Below are positions 23,007-33,712 of a DNA stretch of 64,000 nucleotides, in pieces (the first letter of the stretch is position 1; each line of letters opens with the position of its first letter). Below the pieces are notes generated by a model. That model saw only the letters and a list, made by a program, of their open reading frames with translations, made no database searches and was not told the origin of the DNA. Both the position numbers and the translations under genes were made by a program. The stretch is from an uncultured bacterium. Lineage in GTDB: Bacteria; Fidelibacterota; Marinisomatia; Marinisomatales; UBA1611. The stretch lies in NCBI GenBank assembly GCA_943788175.1, contig CALSPG010000007.1:32001-96000 (forward strand), read 5' to 3'.

Positions 23007-24689
23007 TTACGAAACAACAGGGTTTTTCGCTTGCGTGTTCCCTGTTAGTTTTTGTTGCGCTATTGTTAGCACATTAAACAAAGTATAATACAGGTTAAGT
23101 CCAGATGGAAAACTGTTAAACAGAAGAAAGAAAAATCCCATCATAAAATATTGCATAATTTTTTGTTGTTCTGCTTGTGGGCCTGTAGTTGCTTGTGGTG
23201 TCATCATTTTTTGCTGTGCAAACATTGATAGCGCCATCAATATTGGAAGGGCGCAAACATAGTCACCGTATAAAGGTACTTTGAATGGGAGGTAAAAAAT
23301 CACATCTGGTGCTGAAAGGTCTTTTATCCAAAAAATAAAAGGTTCTCCCCTTAATTCTATCGTTGACCTAAACACTGTAAATAAAGCAAACAAAAGTGGC
23401 ATCTGCAGCATCATTGGGAAACACGATCCAAGTGGGTTAACGCCTTTTTTCTTATAAAGCTCCATTGTTGCTTGGTTAAGCTTTGTTGGGTTGTTTTTAT
23501 ATTTTTCTTTTAATGATGCTATTTCTGGTTGGATTGCTTGCATTGCTTGTGTTGATTGATAACTTTTTTTCGTTAGTGGATAAACAATCAACTTTATTAA
23601 AATTGAAAAAATTATTAGAATTACCCCATAGTTAGGTATAAAACCATGCATGGTTTTTAAAACCCACAATACACCTTTTGATATTGGCCTTACTATCGCC
23701 CAGCCAAAGTCCATTACAGACTCAAGGTTAACACCAAGGTTTTTAATTCTATCATATTCTAGTGGGCCTAAATAAAGAGATGTATTAGCAACCCTGTTTG
23801 ATTCAAGGGATGCATAAACGCTGTAAAGTTCGTCTTTTGAGAAAGAAGCCGATATTGCTGAGCTAATAAATTGACCCCCCGAGTCGTCAAACAAGGAAGC
23901 AATAAAGTATTTACTTCTTGTTGCCACCCAACCCGTTTGTCCCTTATAGTCATTAGAAAAGGTTTCATCTTTTCCTACTTTTACATCTACCAGCTCATCG
24001 CCCTGATAAACATATGAGTAAAAGTAAGTACTTTCACTTACGCTGTCTTTTTCTGTTGGTGGTAAGCCCCCAACCCAACCTAAGGTGTATGTATTGCCAA
24101 GTGTGTTAGCTGCTATTTCTGTAATGTCGGTATCTATATCTATCACAAACCTGTCAGGGTGAAAGGTTAATGCTTTTGTTATTTTTCCTTTTCCCAGGTT
24201 ATTTGTATAGATCAGGGTCTTTGAATTGTCTATATAAAAATTATCACCTTTAAATTGTTGTACCCACCCACTATTAATATCTACAAGTTCACCATTAAAA
24301 TTTTTAAAACTGATTAACAGGTTGTTCTTATTGTTGTTTGAAGAAAGGTTGACAAAACTACTATCACTTTTCAGGTGGTCTTTTATTTCGAAAGAAGTAA
24401 TTGAGCCTCCATTTTTTGAACTAATGGTTGCTATGTATAAATCGTTTTCAATCTTAACAAGGTTTTCAACGCTAGATTCGTCTAGAATGGTTAAGTCGCT
24501 GTTTCCTTCTTGGTTTAACGCGCTTTCATATTCCCGATAAACCACGGGTTGCTCTGTTGTTTCAGTGGAATTATTAAAGGTTTCTTCAATTGGGTCGACA
24601 TCAGGAGAAACTAGCTTTATGTAATAAGGTGTAACAATAAGCACCAACGTAATTAATAAAAGCGCTGTAATTGTGTTTCTATCCATCAT
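23007..24689 (-). CDS. yidC: Membrane protein insertase YidC
   Basis: N-terminal TM, periplasmic domain, DFGW, NYGVILIIFSILIKLIVYPL, GVNPLGSCFPMMLQMP, FPSGLNLYY. Confidence 0.96.
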   Translation of the reverse strand: MMDRNTITALLLITLVLIVTPYYIKLVSPDVDPIEETFNNSTETTEQPVVYREYESALNQEGNSDLTILDESSVENLVKIENDLYIATISSKNGGSITSFEIKDHLKSDSSFVNLSSNNNKNNLLISFKNFNGELVDINSGWVQQFKGDNFYIDNSKTLIYTNNLGKGKITKALTFHPDRFVIDIDTDITEIAANTLGNTYTLGWVGGLPPTEKDSVSESTYFYSYVYQGDELVDVKVGKDETFSNDYKGQTGWVATRSKYFIASLFDDSGGQFISSAISASFSKDELYSVYASLESNRVANTSLYLGPLEYDRIKNLGVNLESVMDFGWAIVRPISKGVLWVLKTMHGFIPNYGVILIIFSILIKLIVYPLTKKSYQSTQAMQAIQPEIASLKEKYKNNPTKLNQATMELYKKKGVNPLGSCFPMMLQMPLLFALFTVFRSTIELRGEPFIFWIKDLSAPDVIFYLPFKVPLYGDYVCALPILMALSMFAQQKMMTPQATTGPQAEQQKIMQYFMMGFFFLLFNSFPSGLNLYYTLFNVLTIAQQKLTGNTQAKNPVVS

Positions 24690-24795
24690 AGTGTAGACCT
24701 TTTATATTGATATAAAATCAAAAAAAGTATGATTATATAGTAAGGGTGTGTGAGTAAGTATGTAAAGTAGTGGAAAGCAGCTTTAGGTTATTCAC

Positions 24796-24930
24796 CTAAG
24801 CAGAAAGGACCTTACGTCCTTTTTTTCTTCTTCTACGCAAGACAGCTCTTCCTCCAACAGTTGCCATTCTGGAGCGAAATCCGTGCTTGTTTTTACGTTT
24901 ACGTTTACTTGGTTGATATGTTCTTTTCAT
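24796..24930 (-). CDS. rpmH: 50S ribosomal protein L34
   Basis: [44 protein letters not shown]; the real start is the ATG at 24930. Confidence 0.97.
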   Translation of the reverse strand: MKRTYQPSKRKRKNKHGFRSRMATVGGRAVLRRRRKKGRKVLSA

Positions 24931-25065
24931 AGTGTATACTTTATTTAAAAAGCCGAGAAAGATACGAAAGATGAATGTATAAGACAAATTTTATAAAATT
25001 TTTATTTTTTAACAAAACTTCTTAGTGGTAGTAAAAAATTCAAGTAATTTAAAAGGCGGAGCAAA

Positions 25066-25085
25066 TGTGGATAACTTGTGGATAA
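25066..25085. promoter_or_regulatory. Tandem DnaA boxes upstream of dnaA
   Basis: TGTGGATAA at 25066-25074 and 25077-25085, ending 9 bp before the dnaA ATG. Confidence 0.85.
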
Positions 25086-25094
25086 ATAAAAAAT

Positions 25095-26432
25095 ATGGTT
25101 AAAGATACTTGGGGAAAGATAAAAAACGAACTAAAAGAGCAGTTACCGGCGCACACAATTAGTACCTGGTTTGAACCGATTTGCCCAATAGCTTTTGATG
25201 AAAAAGAATTAATTCTTGAGGTTCCTAATCAGTTTTTTTACGATTGGATCGAATCTCACTATAGGCAAAACATAGATAGGGCTCTCGAAAATCTCGAAAT
25301 AAAAGAGGTTAATACAAAGTTTATCATATCTGCAGAAACGCAAAATGTAGAACAGGGTGAAAAACAAGATCACACACCTTCAAAAAAGTCACATCTAATA
25401 CCTATTTTAAACTCAGATCATGTTTTTGAGACCTTTATTGAGGGTTCAAATAACCAATTCGCTAAGACAGCTGCTGAAGCAGTAGCAGAAAACCCCGGGA
25501 AACAATCTTTTAATCCACTCATTATATATGGTGGCACCGGATTGGGGAAAACACACCTTTTGCATGCAATCGGTAATCGGGTAATAGAAACCCAACCCGA
25601 AAAAAGAGTGGTTATAGCAACAAGTGAAAAATTCACCTTGGATTTTGTTAATGGTTTAAGAAAAAACAGAACAGTGGAGTTTGCCAAACAATATAGAAAC
25701 GCAGATTTACTGCTAATAGATGATATTCAGTTTTTTAAAGGTAAAGAACAAACGCAAGAACAGTTTTTTCATACATTTAATGAGTTGTATCAATCTGGAA
25801 AGCAGATTGTGTTAACTGCAGATAGGTATCCAGGTGAGATGCAAGGGCTACAAGATCGCTTGTTGTCTCGTTTTCAATCTGGGTTGTCTGTTGATATCCA
25901 ACCACCTGATTTCGAAGTGCGCGTAGCTATTCTTATGGATAAGGCAGAGCGAAACGGGGTAGACCTTCCTTACGATGTTATTGAATTTATCGCAACACAC
26001 ATGCGAACAAATATACGCGACCTAGAAGGAACGGTGATACGGTTGCTTGCAAGGTCTTCTTTAATGAATCAAGATATTGACCAATCTCTTGTGAAAGACG
26101 TTGTTAAAGAGAGGGTTGGAGAACAGGCAAGTAGAGATTTATCTATGGAAGACGTTGTGCGAAAAGTGGTCGAAATTACCGGTGTTGACGAAAACAACAT
26201 TGTTGGGAAAAGTAGAAAAAAAGAAATAGTGGAGGCGAGGCAAACAGCGATGTTTCTTTGCAGAAGTTTGTTAGATGCTTCCTTAAGCAGTGTTGGTTTG
26301 TTTTTTGGAGGGCGCGACCACACAACGGTCATGCACGCGATTAAAACAATTGAACAAAAAAAGACAAAAAAAACAAAGGTTAATCAAAACATTAATCAAA
26401 TCACAAGCGATTTCAACACGGATTTTTTTTAA
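25095..26432 (+). CDS. dnaA: Chromosomal replication initiator DnaA
   Basis: FNPLIIYGGTGLGKTHLL, LLIDDIQF, QEQFFHTFN, domain IV GGRDHTTVMHA. Confidence 0.98.
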   Translation: MVKDTWGKIKNELKEQLPAHTISTWFEPICPIAFDEKELILEVPNQFFYDWIESHYRQNIDRALENLEIKEVNTKFIISAETQNVEQGEKQDHTPSKKSHLIPILNSDHVFETFIEGSNNQFAKTAAEAVAENPGKQSFNPLIIYGGTGLGKTHLLHAIGNRVIETQPEKRVVIATSEKFTLDFVNGLRKNRTVEFAKQYRNADLLLIDDIQFFKGKEQTQEQFFHTFNELYQSGKQIVLTADRYPGEMQGLQDRLLSRFQSGLSVDIQPPDFEVRVAILMDKAERNGVDLPYDVIEFIATHMRTNIRDLEGTVIRLLARSSLMNQDIDQSLVKDVVKERVGEQASRDLSMEDVVRKVVEITGVDENNIVGKSRKKEIVEARQTAMFLCRSLLDASLSSVGLFFGGRDHTTVMHAIKTIEQKKTKKTKVNQNINQITSDFNTDFF

Positions 26433-26519
26433 AAAATTAGATTTATGGTGTAAATACTTTAATTGTTTCAAAATTAAAGCTGTAAAAAGTTAAAAACTGT
26501 GTAATTGACAATCTATTTC

Positions 26520-26548
26520 TTGACCAATGTAAAAATCTTAATTATATT
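26520..26548 (+). promoter_or_regulatory. Putative sigma70 promoter of the large surface-protein gene
   Basis: TTGACC - 17 bp - TATATT; a GGGAGG Shine-Dalgarno precedes the ATG at 26652. Confidence 0.5.
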
Positions 26549-26651
26549 ATTTGTGGGACCTGTGTAAGTTTTTTTCATTTAAGTCTACCCCGGGTTCCTC
26601 CACAAACCACGAAATTTGAGTTATTTACTATAATCTAGGGAGGAAATTAGT

Positions 26652-29600
26652 ATGTTCAAAATGGTAACTATGTTTATGATTGTTTCTTTTTTTACAGCAT
26701 ATGGAAACAATGTTGTTTTAAATGAGAGCAATATTCAGATAAGCAAAACATCTAAAAAAGATGTAAAAAAGGTAGAGTATCAAAAGCAGAATTTATATGG
26801 TGCTGATAGAACAGTAAAGCGGCAGCTGTCTTCAAATTTAAAAGTCAAAAAAAAATTAAATAACAAAGTCAATCTTAAAGATGGTAAAGGGCAGGTGTCA
26901 GCCGCACAATTAAACCAGTCGGCTAAGCCAAAAGAGGGCGCAATAATTAAAGAAAGATATGTTTCGAATAAAAAACTTAATGTTGGTCCGAGAAAATCTA
27001 TATCAGAAAGTCAGATTTCTAGAAACACTCGTGACCATGAAACGTTGTTTTTCTCAGAATATGCTGAGGGTACTAGTTATAATAAATATTTTGAAATTTA
27101 TAATGGCACAGGGTCTGATGTTGACTTGTCTGGTTACGCATTTCCAAGTGTGTCAAATGACCAAGATGATGCGCAAACGTATGACTTCTGGAACACCTTT
27201 AGTGACGGTGCAACAATAGCTGATGGTGATGTTTATGTTGTTTGTAACGGACAGGCTGATGCATCAATTCTTGTAGAATGTGATCAGACTTGGGGTTATT
27301 TTCCTAGTGGGGACGATGCGATTGGATTGGTTCAGGGTACAGCGGACAGTTATACAGTCATTGATGTAATTGGAGATAATTTTACTTCATTAGATTATGA
27401 GAGAGGCCCTTGGGATGTTGCTGGAACTTCAAATAGCACGCAAAATAAAACAATAGTTAGAAAACCGAGTGTCGCTGCTGGAAACTCAGATTGGGATGCT
27501 TCTGCGGGAACTAATGTGGATGATTCTGAATGGATTGTTTATGATAGCAATACCTGGACTAACTTAGGTTCACATGAAGTAGAACAAGAAGATGGTCCTT
27601 ATTTATCAGAGGGTTTTGAGGGAGATGTTTTTCCACCAACTGATTGGGATATGGTTTCATTTGACGATTATGGATATTCAACAACCGCAGGTTGGGCTGT
27701 GGGTGATGCCTCGACGTCGTGTTTTTCTGGGGCGTGTGGTCCAGGTAGTCCAAACTCTGGAGATGCAGCGGCATACTACGATGTATATTCCTATTACTAT
27801 GATGCAAATTCAATGTTGATCACCCCTTCTATTGATTTGTCTGGGGCTACAGCGCCGAAACTTTCTTTTTATCTTTGGGATGAGTATCATAGTTCTTCGT
27901 ATGGTTACCCATTAGAGGTTTTCATTTCCACAGACGGCGGAGCTTCATTTGGAAGCGCTGTTTATCAAGCACCGACAGCTTCTTTCCCTAACTTTGTAAC
28001 AGATGGCTGGGAAAAAATTGACGTTGATCTTTCTGGTTATGTTGGTCAATCAATACATATTGGTTTTAAAAGCACCAGCGATTGGGGCTCTGACAACCCA
28101 CATTTAGATGACATTGTAGTAGAAGAACCACCTACATACCCAATTGCAGGAGTTTCTACTGAGATTATTGACTTTGGGGTAATTAAAGTGACAGATACTA
28201 AAACAGAAAGTTTTAGCGTAAATAATACCGGTGGGGCGGCATTATCATGGACGGCGTTAAGCGATGGTTCTTTGTTTACAATTAGCTCTTCTTCGGGGTC
28301 TGTTGATCCTGGCGCTATGGCTGATATATCTGTAACCTACACACCTACTAGTGCTGGCGTAATTGACACTGCTTACGTTATTATTACGCACGATGCTGAG
28401 TTAGTCCGGATTCTGTTTTTCTAATTGGTTCAGCTCACAACGACCTTTATCGCACTAGTTTTGAAGAGCCGTGGTCTGTAGCTACAGACACAAGGCCTTC
28501 TTCTCCACCAGGTTGGAGCCACATAAAAGTTAGTGGCGAAGGCGGTTGGGGCCAATACAGTACCATCAGCGCTACAGATGGTGGTAATGTTGCTCGTGCT
28601 TACTACAGTGGTACTAATGATGATGACGTCGATTTGGACGGTGTTGCTGATAACCCTGGAGAACATTTACTTATTTCACCAGCGTTAGATCTTTCTTCTG
28701 GTAGCACAGGTTTTAAATTAACCTTTGATGCACTTTCTTCTTCTTACACTGAAACAAGATTAGAAGTTCAGATATCATCACAAAATACAGACGCTTCATC
28801 AGGTTGGACAACTCTTGGTAGTTATGTTTATGGTGATAATTTAACAACTTCAATGTCTGAACAAGCTATTAGCCTTAGCGATTACAGTGACGGAACTTAT
28901 TATATCGGTTTTAGGATGTTTGATGAAAATGGATACTATATATATGTTGATGATGTTAAGGTTGAGCCGCTCCCAGAAACAGCTGAGCTTTCGGTTGCCG
29001 CTACTGATTTACCATATCCTGCAACACCAATAGGCTCTACTGTTTCAGAAACAATCACGATTACTAATACCGGAGCTGTAACTCTTACGGGAACAATTAC
29101 TTATCCAGATGGATTCACAGGCCCAGCTGACTTTAGCACTGATGATAATGTAGATGTTGCAATTTCTTACTCCCCAACAACGGCAGGACTTCACTCTGGT
29201 TCGGTTGTCATTACTTCTAATGGTGGCGATGCATCTATTTTAGTAACTGGAGCTGCTGGTGGCTCTGTAGCAACATGGGATATCGATTACGATGGTGATG
29301 GATATGAAGATTGGCCATTAGGTTGGGATTGGGTTAACTATGATGGTGGTACCCAAGAGTGGGATTTCATGGACTATTCAAGAACTGGTACTGGAAACGC
29401 TGGTGTTAGATATGAGGGGTCTGCTCTCTCTAATGATGACTGGCTTATTTCTCCACAACTAGATGTTGTTGCGGGTGATAAATTTGTATTTTTTGCTAGG
29501 GGTCTTTCTTCTTTCTATACTGAGAGTTTTAACGTGATGCTTTCAACTACAGGAGCAAATGATGTCACTTCTTTTGATGTAACCCTTTTAAGTGATGCTG

Positions 29601-32394
29601 CTATGAGTACTGATTATGTTTCGTTTGAAATTGATCTATCTGCTTATGTAGGAACTCAACCAAGAATAGCTATTCAATACACTGCTTTGGATCAGTATTA
29701 TTTCTTTGTTGATGACATTGCTACTTCTGCGACATATGTACCTAGTGGACCAGCTTTAACGGATTACTATAGTAGTGTTGACTATGGTAATATTCTTGCT
29801 GGGGGAACAAGCTCGTTTAATTGGGATTATGTTAATGGTGGTGGTGCTGACCTTGAAGTGACTGCTGTTGATTTTTCGAATACTTCTTTTTCATTGCCAT
29901 CGGATATTAGTTTACCTGTGGTCACTGTACCTGGTGCAGTAGGTGGGTTTGATGTTGTTTTTTCTCCTCCTGCTGATGTTGATGCTAGTTATTCAGGAAC
30001 TATGACAGTAACTCACAATGGTGGGGATCCTATTGTTGTTAATGTTAGTGGTTATGGTTTGTTTGCTACATATGTTGAAAACTTTGATAATTTAAGTGAA
30101 GGAACAGATTTGCCTTCTGGTTGGACTTCAATGGATGATACAGACGCAAATAGTTGGGTAATAACAGCGACCGGTGGCACGTCAAACTTTTTATTTCACA
30201 GTGATGGAATATCAGGTATAGCAACACAGTATGATACTGTTGTGACAAGCGCTATATCTCTTCCTGCGGTTGTCGATTATCATTATGAATTAGAATTTTC
30301 TGATTATGTGAATTATGGAACCTGGTCTAATTATTCTGGTATTCATATTTCTCAAGATGGAGGATTAACATGGACAGAGATTTACGAAAGCGATTATATT
30401 GATGGTTGGGATACGGGTTTAGTGTTAGACTTGACAGGTTTTGATGGTGGAGATGTACACTTGGCTATTGTTTATGTAGGTGCTTATGATCACGCATATG
30501 GTGTTGATGATTTAATAATTAGATCAAAGCCCGACCCTATTATTCCAATATTATCAGCTTCGAGTTTTATGGTTTTTCCAGCGACAGCAATTGGTGAGCA
30601 AAGCACAAAGTGGCTCTATTTTCAAAATACAGGTTCTGGAGATTATTCTGGAACAGTTACTTATCCAGGTGGTCTTAGCGGCGAAACTAGTATAACTGGA
30701 CTAGCTGAAGGCACGGAAGACTCTATTGCTGTAGCCTATATGCCAACAACGCAAGGTATTATGACAGGATCTATAGTTTTTGATGGGTCCTCATCAGGTG
30801 CAGCTGAAGTCTCTGTTCCTGTTGAAGGTAATGCAGGTGTTCAAGGCGCAACATTTGAAGATAGTTGGATAGGTTGGGATGATTATAGTTTGGTAGGTTA
30901 TCCTTCCACAAGTGGGACTCCAGATACTTGGTTGTGGTTTGGAGGAAGTGGACACTCTGGCCCTAATTATGCAGGCGTATACTCTCACACTGGTAACTGG
31001 GGTGGTGTGAATGATTTCTTAGTTTCGCCTAAATTAGAAGTTGAATCAGGTGATATGCTCTCGTTTTGGGCAAAGGGTGGATATGGTCTTGATTGTGCTT
31101 ATGGAACAACCTTAGGTATTAACACAGACTCTGTAGTTGTTTGGGTAAGTACTGAGATGCCAATAATGGGAATGAATAACGATGGTATTGATACAGGTTT
31201 TGTGAATACGGATGCATTTACAGCTATAGGGGGGGGGACACCTTCTTGTGATACCTGGGATGCTCATAGCTACGACTTGTCTAACTATGCAGGTGATGCT
31301 TGGGTTTTAATCCAATCTGCAAAAGCAGGGTGGATGTTAAAAATAGATGATGTAGCCTATCCTGATATGTACAAGAACCCAAACCCTGTTCTTTATGTTG
31401 GAAAAGAGTATGATTTTGGTGTTACTCAACCCACGATGGTGATTCTGTCCGCTAATTACTCTAAGGAATACTGGTGGTCAGTAGACCTTGTAATAGATTC
31501 TATGGACTTTGATGAACGGCGATGTACTTTCGACGTTGCATATGCAGATAGCACTTTCCCAATTACAATTACTACCTGGCGGCGTTGATAGTATAGATGT
31601 GTATTGGATGCCAGAAATGGAAGGACGTCAGACGGATACATTAAGGTATTTCTCCAGTAATTACACGGTTGGTCAGTTCTGATGCTTTTGGTTTTGGAAC
31701 AGACCATTCTGTTTTCACTGCTGATGCGTTTAACGCTCCACCTGGTGCTGTAATGCTTCTAACGCCAGATCCTACAGCTACTCCATTAGTAACGATAGAT
31801 GCAAATAACGCTACTGGTAGTACTGATTTTTTCTGGACAAATACATCAGATCCTGACGGTACTCCAATAGAGTATATTTTTGAAATAATGGTACCTGGTG
31901 ATACGCTAGATACGCTACTAAGCTCAAATAGTTTTAGCTTAGATCACTCTGAAGTTGTAGAGTTGATGGAAGAATTGTCAGTGACAAGTTTTGATGCCAC
32001 GTGGGATGTACATGCTTATGATGGTTTTGAGGCTACTGGTTCTTCTAATGGTCCATGGACACTATCATTTGATGCTGGGTGGGTACTTGGAGGCTTAGAC
32101 AATAATACAATACCAGATGTCTTTGCACTGCATAATAACTATCCAAACCCATTTAACCCGATTACAAATATTAGATATGATATTCCTGAAGCTAGTGATG
32201 TCAGAATAGATATTTATAATATTGCGGGTGAAAAAGTTAGAACATTGGTTTCCAGAGAGCATCAACCTGGTAGATATAAAATACAATGGAATGCGACAAA
32301 CGAATTTGGTTCGCCAGTCGCCACCGGTATGTATATCTATAAGATTCATGCGAAGGACTTTGTTTCTGTGAAGAAATTATTACTGATGAAGTAA
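26652..32394 (+). CDS. Large (~1,900 aa) secreted adhesin-like protein: lamin-tail domain, cleaved-adhesin (choice-of-anchor J) and ASH/Ig-like repeats, C-terminal FlgD/T9SS-type sorting domain; split by indels
   Basis: ORFs 26652-28424, 28634-31588 and 31669-32394 read through with one missing base near 28401 and several extra bases at ~31430-31680; motifs FFSEYAEGTSYNKYFEIYNGTG, NDDWLISPQL, NYPNPFNP...GMYIYKI. Confidence 0.8.
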
Positions 32395-32419
32395 TATTCT
32401 TTTAATATAGTCTTTATAT

Positions 32420-32447
32420 AAATAAGGGGCTCAAGGGCCCCTTATTT
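32420..32447 (+). terminator. Intrinsic terminator hairpin after the surface-protein gene
   Basis: AAATAAGGGGC-TCAAGG-GCCCCTTATTT inverted repeat followed by T-rich sequence. Confidence 0.75.
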
Positions 32448-32522
32448 GTTTATACTTGTTTGTGGTTTAGTGTTAAAATTAATATATAAAATTAAATATC
32501 TCTTTTATAGCAAGGAGCAACA

Positions 32523-32954
32523 ATGCAAAAAAACAGTTTAAATAAAGTAATTTTAATTGGAAACTTAGGTCAAGACCCAGAAGCAAGGTTTACACCACAA
32601 GGCACAGCGGTCACAAATTTGAGTCTTGCAACAAATGAAGCATGGAAAGATCAAAATGGTGAAATGCAAGATCGTACAGAATGGCATCGAGTTGTTTTAT
32701 ATGGAAGACCAGCAGAAACAGCAGCTGAATACATGAAAAAAGGACAAATGGTTTACGTAGAAGGACGCCTCAATACGAGAGAGTGGGAAGATAAAAACCA
32801 AGTTAAACGAAAAACAACAGAAATAAGATGTGACAATTTTACAATGCTTGGTAGAAGGTCAGACAATCAAGGTGGTGGAGCTCCAAGTGCGGGTGCCATG
32901 AATACAGCGCCCACCCCAAGTACCAGTACAGACGACGACGACCTCCCTTTTTAA
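32523..32954 (+). CDS. ssb: Single-stranded DNA-binding protein
   Basis: [29 protein letters not shown], acidic tail DDDDLPF. Confidence 0.98.
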   Translation: MQKNSLNKVILIGNLGQDPEARFTPQGTAVTNLSLATNEAWKDQNGEMQDRTEWHRVVLYGRPAETAAEYMKKGQMVYVEGRLNTREWEDKNQVKRKTTEIRCDNFTMLGRRSDNQGGGAPSAGAMNTAPTPSTSTDDDDLPF

Positions 32955-32981
32955 GTAAGCATAAAAGAATAATATTTTTGT

Positions 32982-33707
32982 ATGGAGAATATTGGTTTAC
33001 CTAAATCCATAAAACCAAGACCATTCTGGGTACAATATATTTCTACTTACATTGTATTTTTTTTGTCTCTATTTATTGGGAAAATCAAAGTAAATGGTAG
33101 ACACAATATTCCCAAAGAAGGTTCCTTTGTTCTTGCATCAAATCATTTTGGGTATTTTGATCCTTTTGTATTAGTACACGCAATTCGACAGCCCATTGAC
33201 TTTATTATGCAAAAAGAATTGGGAATTGAACTACATTTTCTCTTCGCACCGATGATATATGGCGCTATTCTCACAGATAGAAATAAAGTAGGGCCATCAA
33301 CAATAAAAGACTCATTAAAGTCGATTAAAAAAGGAAAAATATTAGGGATTTTCCCAGAGGGTGGGATAACAAGTACGGTGCTTACAGAAGCAAAACCAGG
33401 CGCTGTTTTTATCGCAAGTAAAGCAAACACTAAAATTTTACCCGTTTCTATTAGTGGGGGAGATCATGCTTGGGATAATATGTTAAAAGGTAATAGTTCT
33501 ATAATTACTATTAACATCGGAAAACCTTTTGGACCAATTGAAATAAAAGGTTCAAAAGAAGAAAAAATGAATAAATTAGAAAGTTATAGTAGAGAGCTTA
33601 TGTGCCGGATAGCCGCATTGCTTCCTGATCATAAACACGGTGATTTTACTGGTGATGAAACTATTAACAGATACCGTAAAGAAGACGGCTTTCGTTTTTT
33701 TAACTAA
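32982..33707 (+). CDS. Lysophospholipid acyltransferase (PlsC family)
   Basis: NHFGYFD (HX4D) and IFPEGG motifs. Confidence 0.88.
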   Translation: MENIGLPKSIKPRPFWVQYISTYIVFFLSLFIGKIKVNGRHNIPKEGSFVLASNHFGYFDPFVLVHAIRQPIDFIMQKELGIELHFLFAPMIYGAILTDRNKVGPSTIKDSLKSIKKGKILGIFPEGGITSTVLTEAKPGAVFIASKANTKILPVSISGGDHAWDNMLKGNSSIITINIGKPFGPIEIKGSKEEKMNKLESYSRELMCRIAALLPDHKHGDFTGDETINRYRKEDGFRFFN

Positions 33708-33712
33708 TTGTT

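Noticed and set aside
24796-24987. 63-aa version of L34 in the ORF track
   Set aside because: The N-terminal extension from a TTG start is not L34-like; the canonical MKRT start is at 24930.
31430-31680. Cluster of indels in the adhesin-like gene as phase variation or decay
   Set aside because: Several isolated extra bases within ~250 bp, outside repeats, with sensible protein recoverable by switching frames; this looks like a low-quality read segment.
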